A stretch of 64,000 nt of DNA from Octopus bimaculoides (lineage: Eukaryota), in the NCBI RefSeq assembly GCF_001194135.2, contig NC_068986.1, positions 60,613,489 through 60,677,488 of the forward strand, in the 5' to 3' direction. Position 1 is the stretch's first letter. Each line of letters starts with the position of its first letter. The translations under genes and the position numbers were made by a program. Below the pieces are notes generated by a model, which saw only the letters and a program-made list of their open reading frames with translations, searched no databases and was not told where the DNA came from. Shown here in pieces: positions 49,203 to 61,488 of the stretch.

Positions 49203-51369
49203 ATCAAATATTGTTGCCGTTTTGAGCTGCTTTGCTACACGTTTGATGGACGATGGCAGAGAGAAAGTGGCGGTAGCTCTTGTATACGTAGTTACTACAC
49301 GAAACAGTGACGAATACTGATACATCTGCGACGGCGAAACATGGAAAAGCTGAAAGAGGCGGGGTTAAGACTGGTCGTTGATAACACGTTTAGAAGCGAG
49401 GACTACCTGTACAAGAAGTTTATTATGAGAGAAACACGAAGTGAAGTGAAAGTGTGACGTAAATAACATGAAGAGAGAAGATAACGTAAGAGAAAACAAA
49501 TGGCTGTTTATTAGAGATAGTGTATGAAGGAGAAAACAGATGGAGAGACAATAGATGGAAATGCAAGGTTAAAGTATGATGAAAATGATAGTATATGACA
49601 GCCGGTAAGAAACTATTCAGTGTAATAATGTCAGCTATTTCGTAAAATTAACTGTATAAGTAAGGAATTTCGACAGAATATAAATAAATAATGTCGGTCA
49701 AGATGTGTATGAAGGGCAAATGGTGTGATTTAAGAAATTAACTGGCTAACGTTTGCCGAATCAATGGAACCAATTTATTTCTTCTATGTCAAGAGAGGGA
49801 ATAATAAAAAAAATAATGTCTGTCAACAAGGCGAGTACCGATCATACTAGGGACGAAATCTTTGTATCTCCACGTAGGTGTTATCAATATTTGTACCAGC
49901 TTCCAGAAATAGAAAAATAGAATTTTTCATGCAGTATTTCATGCTAGTATTTTCTTCATTTTTTGACCATTTTTTAAATGTCTTTCTTGTGACATTCTAA
50001 TTAATCTGAATCATTTGTTATAAAAACCTACATATACGTATATAAAAATGGATAGATCATACTTTACAGCTAGTAATTATATTAACCATTTGGCCATTAG
50101 ACGTTAAAATAGAAAAGTTATACAGTATGATCAGTATAATAAATAAACCTTGATTATGACTTGTACTCTGAACATATTAGCAACTATCAACCGGGATTGA
50201 CATCTTCGTTAAAAAAATCACGATTAGCTTTGAACTTCATTAAAAATTAGGTAATAATTTAATGTAAACGTTTTCTAAACGGTGTGATTATACGTTTGCA
50301 CAAACTTGGAAAAAAGACGATGATTAGTTTTTACTATCTAAGGCAACAGAATGTTTATTTCTAACTTTTAATTTGTCAAAGAATTCATACGAAAATTGCA
50401 AAAAGTTAAATTAACATTAATAAACTTATAAAAAAAAATCTCACATTCTGCTACATAATCAAAAGTAATAGTTAACAACAAAATTATCGAATAAAAAGAA
50501 AGAAATTTCTTCGTTATATATGTGTGATCAGTATTTGAACGTATTTTATACTGCTTGCTATTAAGTTTGTAGTACGGAATACATTTAAATTCTTATTACT
50601 TATGGATCGCACCTCGTCATTCTGTTGACTTAGAAGTCAGCTGTGCTTAAACAAGATATGGCGTTGAATATACAAATGTGAAAGTATTTCCTTTTTCTTT
50701 ATGTATCCATCATATTAGCGTTTTTGTTTCTGTATTGCTGTTGGCAAAATATATTGCTCGTCATAAATCGAGCCATACCACTAAAAATTATTGAACAAAC
50801 ATCTTTAGTATAAACACCATTAAGTAACCCATGGCAATTTAACCGAGAAAAAGTAAATGATAGGGAATAAACTATTCAGTTTAACGGAGTTGCACTAAAA
50901 GATTTAGTTAGAAAAACTGGATCTTGTTAAATTTCTTCTAACCACTTGAAGTATTTTAAGTTTTCACCTTTTTTTTTTTTTTTTTTTTTTCAAATTTTCT
51001 ATACTGTTGTAGTTCTGCTGATGACGAAATTCGCATTTTTTAATGGTAATTAATAAAGTAATTCCAACTATTTAAAGTTATGTAATTTCAGCCAATCAAA
51101 AACCGTCATTGTCATCATATTAGAAGTCGCAACTGTCTGTTATGGCAATTGCATTTTTTCATTGTTTACTCACAAGCCGATAAAATGAAAACATTACAGA
51201 ACCTTTTGTTTTTTAAAGAATTTATTAAAGAAAACTATTTTTTTCTCAAATTACGCTATGTCTGCTTTTTCTTATTAACGTTAACAAAGTTGTGTTATAC
51301 ATTCAAATACTACTCTGAATAGGTCGCATTTTTCGTACCTACAGTGCTATATAAACGAGTCTACTGTAG

Positions 51370-51740
51370 AACGATGAGTACCATAGCAAAGTTTATTCTC
51401 CTTTCTGAAGGAAAGCCCAAGTATTTTCTACTTGTTGAGTGTGGATCCTGTCCTGCAAGTTGACAAACTCAATACTGTGGTTTACCATTCTATGCTGAAA
51501 TTGGTAGCCTGGTATCTCTGGAATGTGCGAGTATGCTTGCTACAGGTCACATAATTGATTGTTGCACCCACCAGTATAAAAACAAAATTTAATTCTTCAG
51601 AGGAAGGGTGCTCCCTTCTAACCTTGTGCCTTTTCCCACTGACACAGATTCTTGGCTTTTTCTTTTATTTTTCTACAACAATATATGTTGCTGTAACAAG
51701 TGCATCTTCCAGCATGTTAGCAATAGAAGCTTATTAATTT
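51370..51740 (-). mobile_element. Merlin (IS1595/ISXO2-like) transposase remnant
   Basis: CDL*QAYSHIPEIPGYQFQHRMVNHSIEFVNLQDRIHTQQVENTW matches the Merlin SD..AY..VNHS..FV..HTQ.IE..W signature. Confidence 0.8.
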
Positions 51741-51799
51741 CTAGAAAAAAAAATTAGTGCAATTTTTGTCATCAGTGTACAAAGCTACATTGTTCTCAG

Positions 51800-53175
51800 T
51801 GAATAATGTACCCATCAGCATAGGTTAGTTATTAGCGACTTCAGACTACAGGCTAGGATTCCAAGAAGAGACTAGTCTGGAAAAGAAGTATCTGAAAACT
51901 TAAGGGTCCTTTGAATAGTCAGAGATTTAGAGACATCCTAACTGAAGCATTTAATGAGAAAGAGGAGCAGTTACAAACATGTAGCATAGAGGACAACTTG
52001 AAGTTCCTACAAGACAACTTACTGAAAGCCATAGACCAAATTTGTGGCTGGTGCAAAGTCCCAAGCAGACCTGAGGTGACATGGTGGTGGAACAGTGTTG
52101 TTGACAGGGTCATTAGAGCAAAGAAACAAGATTAGAATGGTGGCAGTAGCAAAGAACTATGTCAGGTAACTAGAAGGGAAGCCAGGAGAAAATCAGAAAG
52201 GAAAAAGTTTGCCAATGTTCTGCAGCATGACCAGCAGCTTGAGGTGTTTCAGTTCGCAAACCATGATGTTGTAGAAGAAAAGTGCATTTGCAGTTAGTGA
52301 CTCTACAAAGAAAGAAGTGCAACTATGAAAAGCTGCTAAATATAGAGAATACATGAAAGGAGAGTTTGCCTAATGTGGACCCTACAAAGGAACCAGCTAT
52401 CCAGATAGACAGTAGCTTGGTAGATAAAACTATGAAAGATATGACGACAGAAAGCTCCTGGCCAAGTCAGCAGTGGAAGTGGATGCTCTGAGAGCATTGC
52501 TACTAGAATAAGAATGGGTTGGGCAAAGTTCAGAGAACTTCTACCTTCATCTGTAACAAAGACCTCTCCCTCAGAGTGAAAGGTAGATTGAATGATGCCC
52601 GTGTGTGAACAGCCATGCTACATGACAGTGAAACATGGCTGTAACTGCAGAGGACATGCAAAGGCTTGAAAGAAATGAAGCTAGTATGCTCCACTGGATG
52701 TGCAATGTCAGTGTGCATGTACAACAGAGTGTAAATGTCTTGAGAGAAAAGTTGGGTATAAGAGGCATTAGATGTAGTGCTCAAGAGAGAGGACTGTACT
52801 GATATGGTAATGTGCTGTATATGGACAAGGACAGCTGTGTAAAGGAGTGCTGATCTCTAATTGTGGAGGGAACCTGTGGAAGAGGTAGCCCCAGGAAGAC
52901 ATGGAACAAGGTAGTGAAATATTATCTTCAGGTGTTGACTAGTGACCGAGACTTTTGGTGATTTGCTGTGCTTAAGACACATCAAGCTAAGCGAAATCAT
53001 TGTTGTGGCCATGCTGGTGACATGTAAAGAGACCCAATACACTGTGAAGTGGTTGGTATCCAACCATAGAAACTAAACCAAAATAGACTGATGCCTGGTG
53101 CACCTTTCTGGCTTACCAGCTCCAGTCAAACTGTGTTACCTGTGCTAGCCTGGAAAACGGACACTAAATAGGGAT
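51800..53175 (+). mobile_element. Old, heavily deleted RTE LINE
   Basis: EVTWWWN, IRMGWAKFRELL, RVKGRL, GRGSPRKTW remnants; decayed 3' end. Confidence 0.85.
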
Positions 53176-53324
53176 GATTTTCTGATTAAAGAACAATGAT
53201 AAAAGTTAATAGTAATAAGAATAAGGATTAAATAAAATGTACATGCATATATTCATACATATTCAGAGACACATAATATATATATAATTAAGCAGAAAAC
53301 AGGTATTGTATTCATACATACAGA

Positions 53325-55540
53325 TCATCATTTAACATCCACTTTCCATGCTGACATGGAGCTAGCTAGCAGGGAGCTAGTCAGACACCAATTCTCTGTT
53401 GTGGCATGGTTTCTATGGCTGGATGTCCTTCCTAACACCAACCACTTAACAGAGTGTGCTGGGTGCTTTTTACATGCCACAGCTATGGGTATGTTTACAC
53501 AACACCATCACAGGTGCGTTGGCACAGGTACTTTTCATGTGGCAGTTTCTACAGCTAGATGACCTTCCTAATGCCAACCACTCCGAGAATGTAGTGGGTG
53601 CTTTTACGTGTCACCGGCACGAAGGCCAGTCAGGTGGCAATAGCCATACTTAAAATGGTGAATTTTACGTGCCACCTGCACAGGAGCCAGTCCAGTGGCA
53701 CTGGCAACGATCTCACTAGAATGACTTTTTACGTGCCAGGAAGGCGACGCTGGTAATGATCACGCTCGAAAGGTGGTGCCATAACGATTTCGCTTTCGCT
53801 TGCCCCAACAGGTCTTCACAAGCAGAGTTTAGTGTCCAATGGAGGAAAGGTACGCATAAGTGGGCTGGTTACATCCCTGGCAGAGGTCTTGGATTTTGGT
53901 CTCACTTGGCTTGCCGGGTCTTCTCATGCACAGCATATTTTCAAAGGTCTCGGTCAAAAGTCATTGCCTTGGTGAGGCCTAATGTTCGGAGGTCGTGCTT
54001 CACCACCTCATCCCAGGTCTTCCTGGGCCTGCCTCTTCCACAGGTTCCCTCAACTGCTAGGGTGTGGCACTTTTTCACACAGCTATCCTCATCCATTCTC
54101 GCCACGTGACCATACCAGCGCAATCGTCTCTCTTGCACACCACAGCTGATGCTTCTTAGGTTCAACTTTTTTCTCAAGGTACTTACACTCTGTCAAGTAT
54201 GCACACTGACATTACACATCCATCGGAGAATACTGGCTTCATTCCTTTCGAACTTGCGCATGTCCTCAGCAGTCACAGCCCATGTTTCACTGCCATATAG
54301 CATGGCTGTTTGTACAAATGCGTCATACAGTCTACCTTTTACACTGAGAGAAAGACCCTTTGTTACCTGCAGAGGTAAGAGCTCTCTGAACTTTGCCCAG
54401 GCTATTCTTATTCTAGCAGCTACACTTTCAGCGCACCCTCCCCCACTACTAACTTGGTCACCTAGATAGCGGAACCTATCAACTACATCTAGTTTTTCTC
54501 CCTGGAATGTGGCAGAAATTGTTTTTGCACGTTTACAGTGTTTATTGCTTCTGAACATCTGCCACATACAAAAACTAACTTACTAGTTAACCTTCCTTTG
54601 ATATTGCTGCACCTCTTATGTGTCCATAGCTTGTACTGGGTGGGTGCATCTTATAGAGTTTCTACCTATGCCTTTTCTACAGATCGAGCAGGGCCATCTA
54701 CCTGAAGGGGTTTGGGTTTTTTCTACCTTCCTACTTATTAGGACTTTGGTTTTAGCTAGGTTGACNNNNNNNNNNNNNNNNNNNNNNNNNNNNNNNNNNN
54801 NNNNNNNNNNNNNNNNNNNNNNNNNNNNNNNNNNNNNNNNNNNNNNNNNNNNNNNNNNNNNNNNNNNNNNNNNNNNNNNNNNNNNNNNNNNNNNNNNNNN
54901 NNNNNNNNNNNNNNNNNNNNNNNNNNNNNNNNNNNNNNNNNNNNNNNNNNNNNNNNNNNNNNNNNNNNNNNNNNNNNNNNNNNNNNNNNNNNNNNNNNNN
55001 NNNNNNNNNNNNNNNNNNNNNNNNNNNNNNNNNNNNNNNNNNNNNNNNNNNNNNNNNNNNNNNNNNNNNNNNNNNNNNNNNNNNNNNNNNNNNNNNNNNN
55101 NNNNNNNNNNNNNNNNNNNNNNNNNNNNNNNNNNNNNNNNNNNNNNNNNNNNNNNNNNNNNNNNNNNNNNNNNNNNNNNNNNNNNNNNNNNNNNNNNNNN
55201 NNNNNGAATTCTTCACTGTACTCATTGCCAACCCTCACCTTACTGACAGCGTCTCTGTACATGGCTCGCACAACTCTCACTAACCATTCTTCTGTCCCTA
55301 GTTTCCTCATTGACCACCAGATGAGGGATCGGGGGACCCTGTCAAAGGCTTTCTCTATGTCAACGAAAGCCAGGTACAGAGGTTTATCCTTGGCTAGGTA
55401 TTTCTCTTGAAACCGTCTTACCAGAAATATAGCATCAGTGGTGCTTTTCCCTGGCACGAACCCAACCTGCATCTCATATAAACTGACTCACTCCCTAATT
55501 AGTTGGGCTATGACCCTCTCTGTAACTTTCATTACCTGAT
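53325..55540 (-). mobile_element. 5'-truncated RTE LINE
   Basis: GFVPGKSTTDAIF, KAFDRVP, FRYLGD, RRLRWYGHV; 3' UTR; gatgat tail. Confidence 0.95.
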
Positions 55541-55545
55541 CTAAC

Positions 55546-55985
55546 AAATATATCATCATCATATGTCCATTTTCCATGCTGGCATAGTTTGAGCTGTTTG
55601 ACTGAAAACTGGTAAATAGGAGTGCTGCACCAGCTTTCAATCTGGCATGATTTCTGTGTCTAGATGCCTTTCCTAACTCCAACCACTCTAAGTGTAGCAA
55701 GTGCTTTTTATGTACCACTGGCACAAGTGCCAGTTATGTAACACCAGCAGTGGCCATAACTATGATCTCACTTGGCTAGACAGGTCTTCTCAAGCACGGT
55801 ATATTGTCAAAGGTCTCAGTCACCTGTTATTGTCCCTAAGAAGCCCAACGTTTAAATGGTGCTTTTTAAATGCCACTGGCATGGGTGCTAACATTGGGCA
55901 TGACTAACTACAATTTCACTCGGGTGCTTTTTACATGCCAAGTTACGCGACACTGGTGTTGCCCACGGCTACAATCTCACTTGGC
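55546..55985 (-). mobile_element. RTE-type 3' UTR fragment
   Basis: Diverged match to the RTE 3' terminus with an atcatcatcat tail. Confidence 0.8.
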
Positions 55986-56069
55986 TTTTACAGTTCTATA
56001 TTTTAGAGATGAGGAATTATGTACATTATTTATAATTGATGGATATTTGTCCTCATCTTGTTTGTTGTT

Positions 56070-56115
56070 AACACAACATTTCGGCTGATATACCCTCCAG
56101 CCTTTATCAGGTGTC
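56070..56115 (-). ncRNA. Minimal hammerhead ribozyme, core-mutated
   Basis: GACAC CTGATAA AGGCTG..CAGCC GAAAT GTT GTGTT, with two core changes relative to the 56707 copy. Confidence 0.7.
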
Positions 56116-56706
56116 TTGGGGAAATTTCGAACCTGGGTTCTCATTCCTTAGGTATTTTTCGATGTTATTATTATTAATATTCAGGTCACTGCCTGGAATC
56201 AAACTCGGAATATGACTTTTCTAGATTTTGTTGGATTCTCTTTCTATCATCATCTCTGGTTATTTTCCTAAGTAATGAAGATGACTCCTCTTTGATTTCG
56301 TTATTTAATTGATGTTTTTTCCAACGGTTGTAATGGATCCTCTCATGGACGAGGGCATGTTCTGCCCTTTCCACTACTCTTCTAGCTTTATATGAATCCA
56401 CTGGTGTCATTATATTCAAGCCAGGTGGTATTAGCTTTGAGTCGCTACAGCTACACAGGAAAGTTAGATGGTTTGAAAGATGAGCTAGGTTTTGATGAAG
56501 TTTCTCCATATGTCTCCATTGAAACGTTGTGTTAACAACAAACAAGATGAGGACAAATATCCATCAATTATAGATAATGTACATAATTCGTCATCTCTTA
56601 AATATAGAACTGTATTATCTAATTGGTACAGAGCCTTCATTAGACTTCAATATATAACATCAAAAAATACCTTAGGAATGAGAACCCTGGTTCGAAATTT
56701 CCCCAA

Positions 56707-56752
56707 GACACCTGATGAAGGCTGGAGGGTATATCAGCTGAAACGTTGTGTT
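56707..56752 (+). ncRNA. Minimal type I hammerhead ribozyme, intact core
   Basis: GACAC CTGATGA A GGCTG gagggtatat CAGCT GAA ACGT T^GTGTT; loopless palindromic stem III (ACGT). Confidence 0.88.
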
Positions 56753-57639
56753 AACAACAAACAAGATGAGGACAAATATCCGTCAATTGTAAATAATGTC
56801 TCACTTGGCTTGATGGCTTTTCTGAAGCATGGTATATCACCAAAGGTCTCAGTCATTTGTCATTGCATCTGTAGCAAACTCATAAGGGGCGGAGAGAAAA
56901 CGTAAGTTCGTTTGCCCGAACATGAGAAATTATTGATTTCTCGCTGGTTAAAAATTACTGCCCATATACGAATTATGAATTTAGTTGAAGAAATCTTTCA
57001 CGGGGTTATGGTTCTATGATTCGTGTATGAGTAGTTATAAAAACCCTGATTTTCGGCAAACTTTCCAGTGATCGTTGGTTGCCACTAAAGTCCATGACAC
57101 TCACCCTTTTGAGTATAGGCTAATATATATGCCATGTTCAATACTCAAATCCGACAATATTGAATTGTTGTGAAACCTTATTAGTTAGAATGAGAAATTA
57201 GTTAATAATAAATTTAAGTCGTAATTCTCTATGACGAAATGATGTTTCTAAATATCTATAAATGTAAAAAAAATGTATATAATAAATTAATATAGAAACT
57301 TAATTCCTTTTACTTCTCGTTTCTTTCAACTTGTTGAATTTATTTCTGTATATTAATGAAACTGTATTTTTTTATGTGTAACGGTCAAAAAAATATAATC
57401 TATATCTTCAACATACATGTACGTAATGAACGCACGTTCAGTGTCTTGTCGTATACATCATAACATTTACACAGCCTAAACTAAACTAAGAGTTATGCTT
57501 AGTGATAAATACTTATAATTAAGTTATAAGTAACGAGATTATCATTATAGCTTTTAATTAATAAACAATATTTGTTATAACTTACGAATGAAAACATTGT
57601 AAATAAAGATATAGCATATCTCACACTTCAACGACCTGT

Positions 57640-58621
57640 TGTGATAACCAACCACACATCCATGAGGCCCAACATTCGAAGATCATCCCATGTCTTCCTG
57701 GTTCTACCTCTTCCACAAGTTCTCTCCAGTGTTAGAGTTTGGCATTTTTTCACACAGTTGTCCTTGTCCATATGCATCACATGACCATACTAGCATCTGA
57801 TGCCTCTTATAGTCAACTTTTTTCTCAAGATGTTTACATTCTGACATTACACATCCAGCAAAGCATGTTAGTTTCATTTCTTACAAGCCTACACATATAT
57901 TCAGCTATCACAGCCCATGTTTCACTGCTGTGTAACATGGCTGTTTGCACACCACAGCTGATGCTTCTTAGGTTCAACTTTTCTCTCAAGGTACTTACAC
58001 TCTGTCAAGTATGCACACTGACATTACACATCCATCGGAGAATACTGGCTTCATTCCTTTCGAGCTTGCGCATGTCCTCAGCAGTCACGGCCCATGTTTC
58101 ACTGCCATATAGCATGGCTGTTTGTACAAATGCGTCATACAGTCTACCTTTTACTCTGAGAGAGGGGCCCTTTATTACCAACAGAGGTAGGAGCTCTCTG
58201 AACTTTGCCCAGCCTATTCTTATTCTAGCAACTACACTGTCGGAGCATCCACCCCCACTACTGACTTGGTGACCTAGGTAACAGAAGTTATCACCTATTA
58301 GTTTTCCCCATGGCATGTGAAGGAGTCTATTTTCTGTACATTTTTAGTGTTAACAGTACCTATGCACTTTCCACACACAAAGACTATTTTCCTTCTTAGC
58401 CTTCCTCTGATATTGCTGCACCTCCTATGTGTCCATAGCTTGTACTAAGTACACCTTAAGGAGTTTCTACCTGTGCTTTTACTACAAATGATTCAAGACC
58501 ATCTACTTGAAGAGATTTGTGATTTCTCTGCTCACCTACTTACTAAGACTTTGATTTTTGCTAGATTAACCATAAGGCCCTTTGATTCTAGACCTTGCTT
58601 CCACATCTGAAATTTCTTCTC
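57640..58621 (-). mobile_element. RTE LINE C-terminal fragment with an internal partial duplication
   Basis: FCYLG, WAKFRELL, RVKGRLYDA, SETWA; the 5' side ends at a gap and (TA)n. Confidence 0.9.
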
Positions 58622-58631
58622 NNNNNNNNNN

Positions 58632-58678
<47 letters not shown>

Positions 58679-58763
58679 CAGTAAAACATAAACCCCAAAA
58701 AGAAATACACTCTAAGTTATAGAGCAGTATATTATATAAATAAAGTCAGATAAGGCTGGTATA

Positions 58764-58827
58764 TGGGATTAACCTGGATTTCACATCCGATAAAGCACTT
58801 AGCTTTATGGAGTATCATCATATCCCA
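58764..58827 (-). ncRNA. Hammerhead ribozyme, core-mutated (ATGATGA)
   Basis: Inverted partner of 59471-59533, with stem I TGGGAT/ATCCCA. Confidence 0.65.
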
Positions 58828-59470
58828 AAACTGTTGGCTTATGGCCTCTTTAGAAAATGGAGGAGGAAACAACAGGGGATTGTCTCCCTTTAGCTATCGA
58901 TTGTAAGTGACCCTGTTATCTTGTGGGTTCCAATAGGCCAGCAGAAGTCCTTTTGTATCCTTGCCTGTTCTACTACACACAGTTTACAATGTTTGGTCCA
59001 TTTATGTAGGGGCCTGGATTTTCTAGGATTCACCATACTGTGTGTGGAATCCCATCGTCCTTCAGCTGCCATATATGGCTGGCTAATGACTTAATGAAAA
59101 GAGATACATTGCATCATTAACCAGCCATATATGGCAGCTGAAAGACAATGGAATTCCACACACAATATTATGAAGGATCCTAGAAAATCCAGACCCCCTA
59201 CATAAAGGGGATCAGACATTGTAAACTGTGCATAGCAGAACAGGCAAGGATACTAAAGGACTCCCTTGACACAGGGAACATCCTTAATTCCAGAACGAAG
59301 GTCTTTGGACCGTGCTTGCATGTCAGGAAATTCCTGCTGGCCTATTGGAACCCACAAGATAACGGTTACTTACGATCAATAGCCGAAGGGAGACAATCCC
59401 CTAGTATTGACATTGAGTAGCGTGATTCTTTCTCCCTCCATTTTCTAGAGAGGCCATAAGCCAACAGTTT

Positions 59471-59533
59471 TGGGATCTGATGATACTCCGTAAAGCTAAA
59501 CGTTTTATGGACGTGAAACTCAGGGTCTTCTCA
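59471..59533 (+). ncRNA. Type I hammerhead ribozyme, intact core
   Basis: TGGGAT CTGATGA long stem II GAAAC tcagg GTC^TTCTCA; stems I and III are imperfect. Confidence 0.75.
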
Positions 59534-60255
59534 TAAACCGGCTTTGTCTAACTTTATATATATCACATATATATTTAAATTTACACACCCAGACCATCTA
59601 TCAATCCAATCACCCATCTCTCATTTCTTTTTCTCCATTCAAATTCTTCCTGAAAGGTTTGATTTTTCACTCTTCACAGCACGTACACTGGACTCTTTTT
59701 ATTGATTTACTCGATAATATAGTTCTTACCAACACTGACTTCTTTGGAGTCTGGTCACATATACATAGTGTACATAAATAAATGTGTTCGTGTGTAGATA
59801 GATAGATAGACAGACAGACAGATAGATCAATCTACCATATATATATTTTTTTTAAATTGAAGTATATTATGGTCTTCTGGTAACTCATGCGCAATGACCG
59901 CCTCCGAACCGGCTTCTGCTTAGCAAAAAGTCTCCATGACCGGAGTACAATTTGTACGCATGCATGAATGCAACGTGGGTTTATTCGAACGTATCTATAA
60001 CTTTATTTGCTGTGTGTGATATAAGCCATTCAAAATTTTTCATTGCTTTTATCTTACATATTCATTATCATTAATAGTGTGTTTATTCCTGCTTATTTAA
60101 TATGAAAAAACACAGCAACTGCAACTCACACTATAGCATACACCGACACCACCACATAACTATACGTCGAAACAATCAACAGTTCAAGAGTTGCCTACAC
60201 CAACAGCTGGCAACCATCACATCACATCATCCAACAGTTAGATGTTTGTTTACAC

Positions 60256-61143
60256 CAGTGGTTCCCAAACCATTTTTCTCTGGGGCCGCATTTTCGGAAA
60301 GAAAATTTGCTCGCGCTTCCCCAAACATCTATACTCAAGAGAGAGATTTAAAGGGAGATTACCGCGGAATCGCAGTCAACATTATCATTGTCTCTCCTCT
60401 AATTCGAAGACCCCAGTTACTATATAATCTTAATACTTGATATAATGTAAAAATATCACAATGATAAAATCAGTCAATAATTATTTAAAACTATGGCACT
60501 GTCATGCTATTAGCTGTCAGAAGTGAAAGTGCTCACTGCTAGTGAAGTATCTGCCTGTCGATTCTTTGGCTACTGACAGCTAATACCATGACTGGCCGGA
60601 GCGAGCTATCTGTCTGTCTGTCTCTCTATCTATCTATCTATTACTCGAAAGTTCGCGCGTCCGCGGTAGCTAGTCGTGAGTAGAAAACACAAATTTAATA
60701 TAAAAACATATTTCCTGAAATTGCAAATTATTTAAAATATAAAAATATAATTTTCAACAGAGAGAATTTATCAAAATAGAAAACAAATGAAGTTTGAAGT
60801 TTAAAAGTAATAGGACGCGCGAACTTTCGAGTAATAGATAGATAGATAGATAGAGAGAGAGACAGACAGACATATAGCTCGCTCCGGCCAGTCATGGTAT
60901 TAGCTGTCAGTAGCCAAAGAATCGACAGGCCAGCAACAGGCATGCAGGCAGACAGACAGATACTTCACTAGCAGTGAGCACTTTCACTTCTGACAGCTAA
61001 TAGCATGCCAGTGCCAAAACTATTTCTACTGGAACTCATGCATGCAATTAAAAGTAATCCATAATAATATTTTAAATTTTGAAATCGTGTTTATTTTTGG
61101 CATATGCATTCTTTGAAACTTTCAGAATCTTTGGGAACCACTG
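60256..61143. mobile_element. hAT-type MITE with an 8-bp TSD
   Basis: 14-bp TIR CAGTGGTTCCCAAA/TTTGGGAACCACTG; TSD GTTTACAC at 60248-55 and 61144-51. Confidence 0.92.
60495..61015. mobile_element. Merlin-like MITE (~170-bp TIRs, 8-bp TSD) nested in the hAT MITE
   Basis: GGCACTG...CAGTGCC ends; TSD AAAACTAT at 60487-94 and 61016-23; shares the ccgcg.tagctagtcgtga motif with the Merlin element at 61381. Confidence 0.85.
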
Positions 61144-61488
61144 GTTTACACCAACAGCTGGATGTTTGTTTACACCAACTCTTGGAGAGTAGATGACACC
61201 ACCATTTGGAAATGTGTCGTTATACAGGTTCCACTAACCTATTCAAATTTCTCAGCGTTATGTTAGCAGTAGCAGGTTTAATATATAGTTAGACACCCGG
61301 TCACCAAAACAAAACAAAAAAATCTAATAGGTGTAAAAAAAAAACAATTACTATTCAAGAAGGGTGGTCCGGGTGCGCATCCGCGCTAGCTAGTCGTGAC
61401 TAGTCGATGCTACGACTATCTAGCGCGAATGAGGTTTTTTTTAAAACGAATTTTTTTTTTTTTTGGTGAATCTTCCCCCACCTTACTT

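Larger units (their letters stand above)
55990..56800. mobile_element. PLE-derived composite: HHR unit (minus) + tRNA B-box-like piece + PLE ORF N-terminus (minus) + inverted HHR units (plus)
   Basis: 55990-56167 is the reverse complement of segments in 56521-56800. ORF 56212-56520 reads HLTFLCSCSDSKLIPPGLNI...LVHERI, typical of PLE N-termini. Confidence 0.82.
58735..59560 (+). mobile_element. PLE 3' end in fold-back configuration (arms ~58735-59089 and ~59114-59560)
   Basis: The arms are reverse complements. The right arm encodes TSHIWQLKDNG..PY..HCKLCIAEQ..LNSR..CLH, then an HHR. Confidence 0.9.

Noticed and set aside
51015-51035. CTGATGAcGAAAT
   Set aside because: No room for stem II and no stem I; a chance match.
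59880-59990. CpG-rich island containing catgcgca
   Set aside because: No ORF, partner repeat or RNA fold could be supported.
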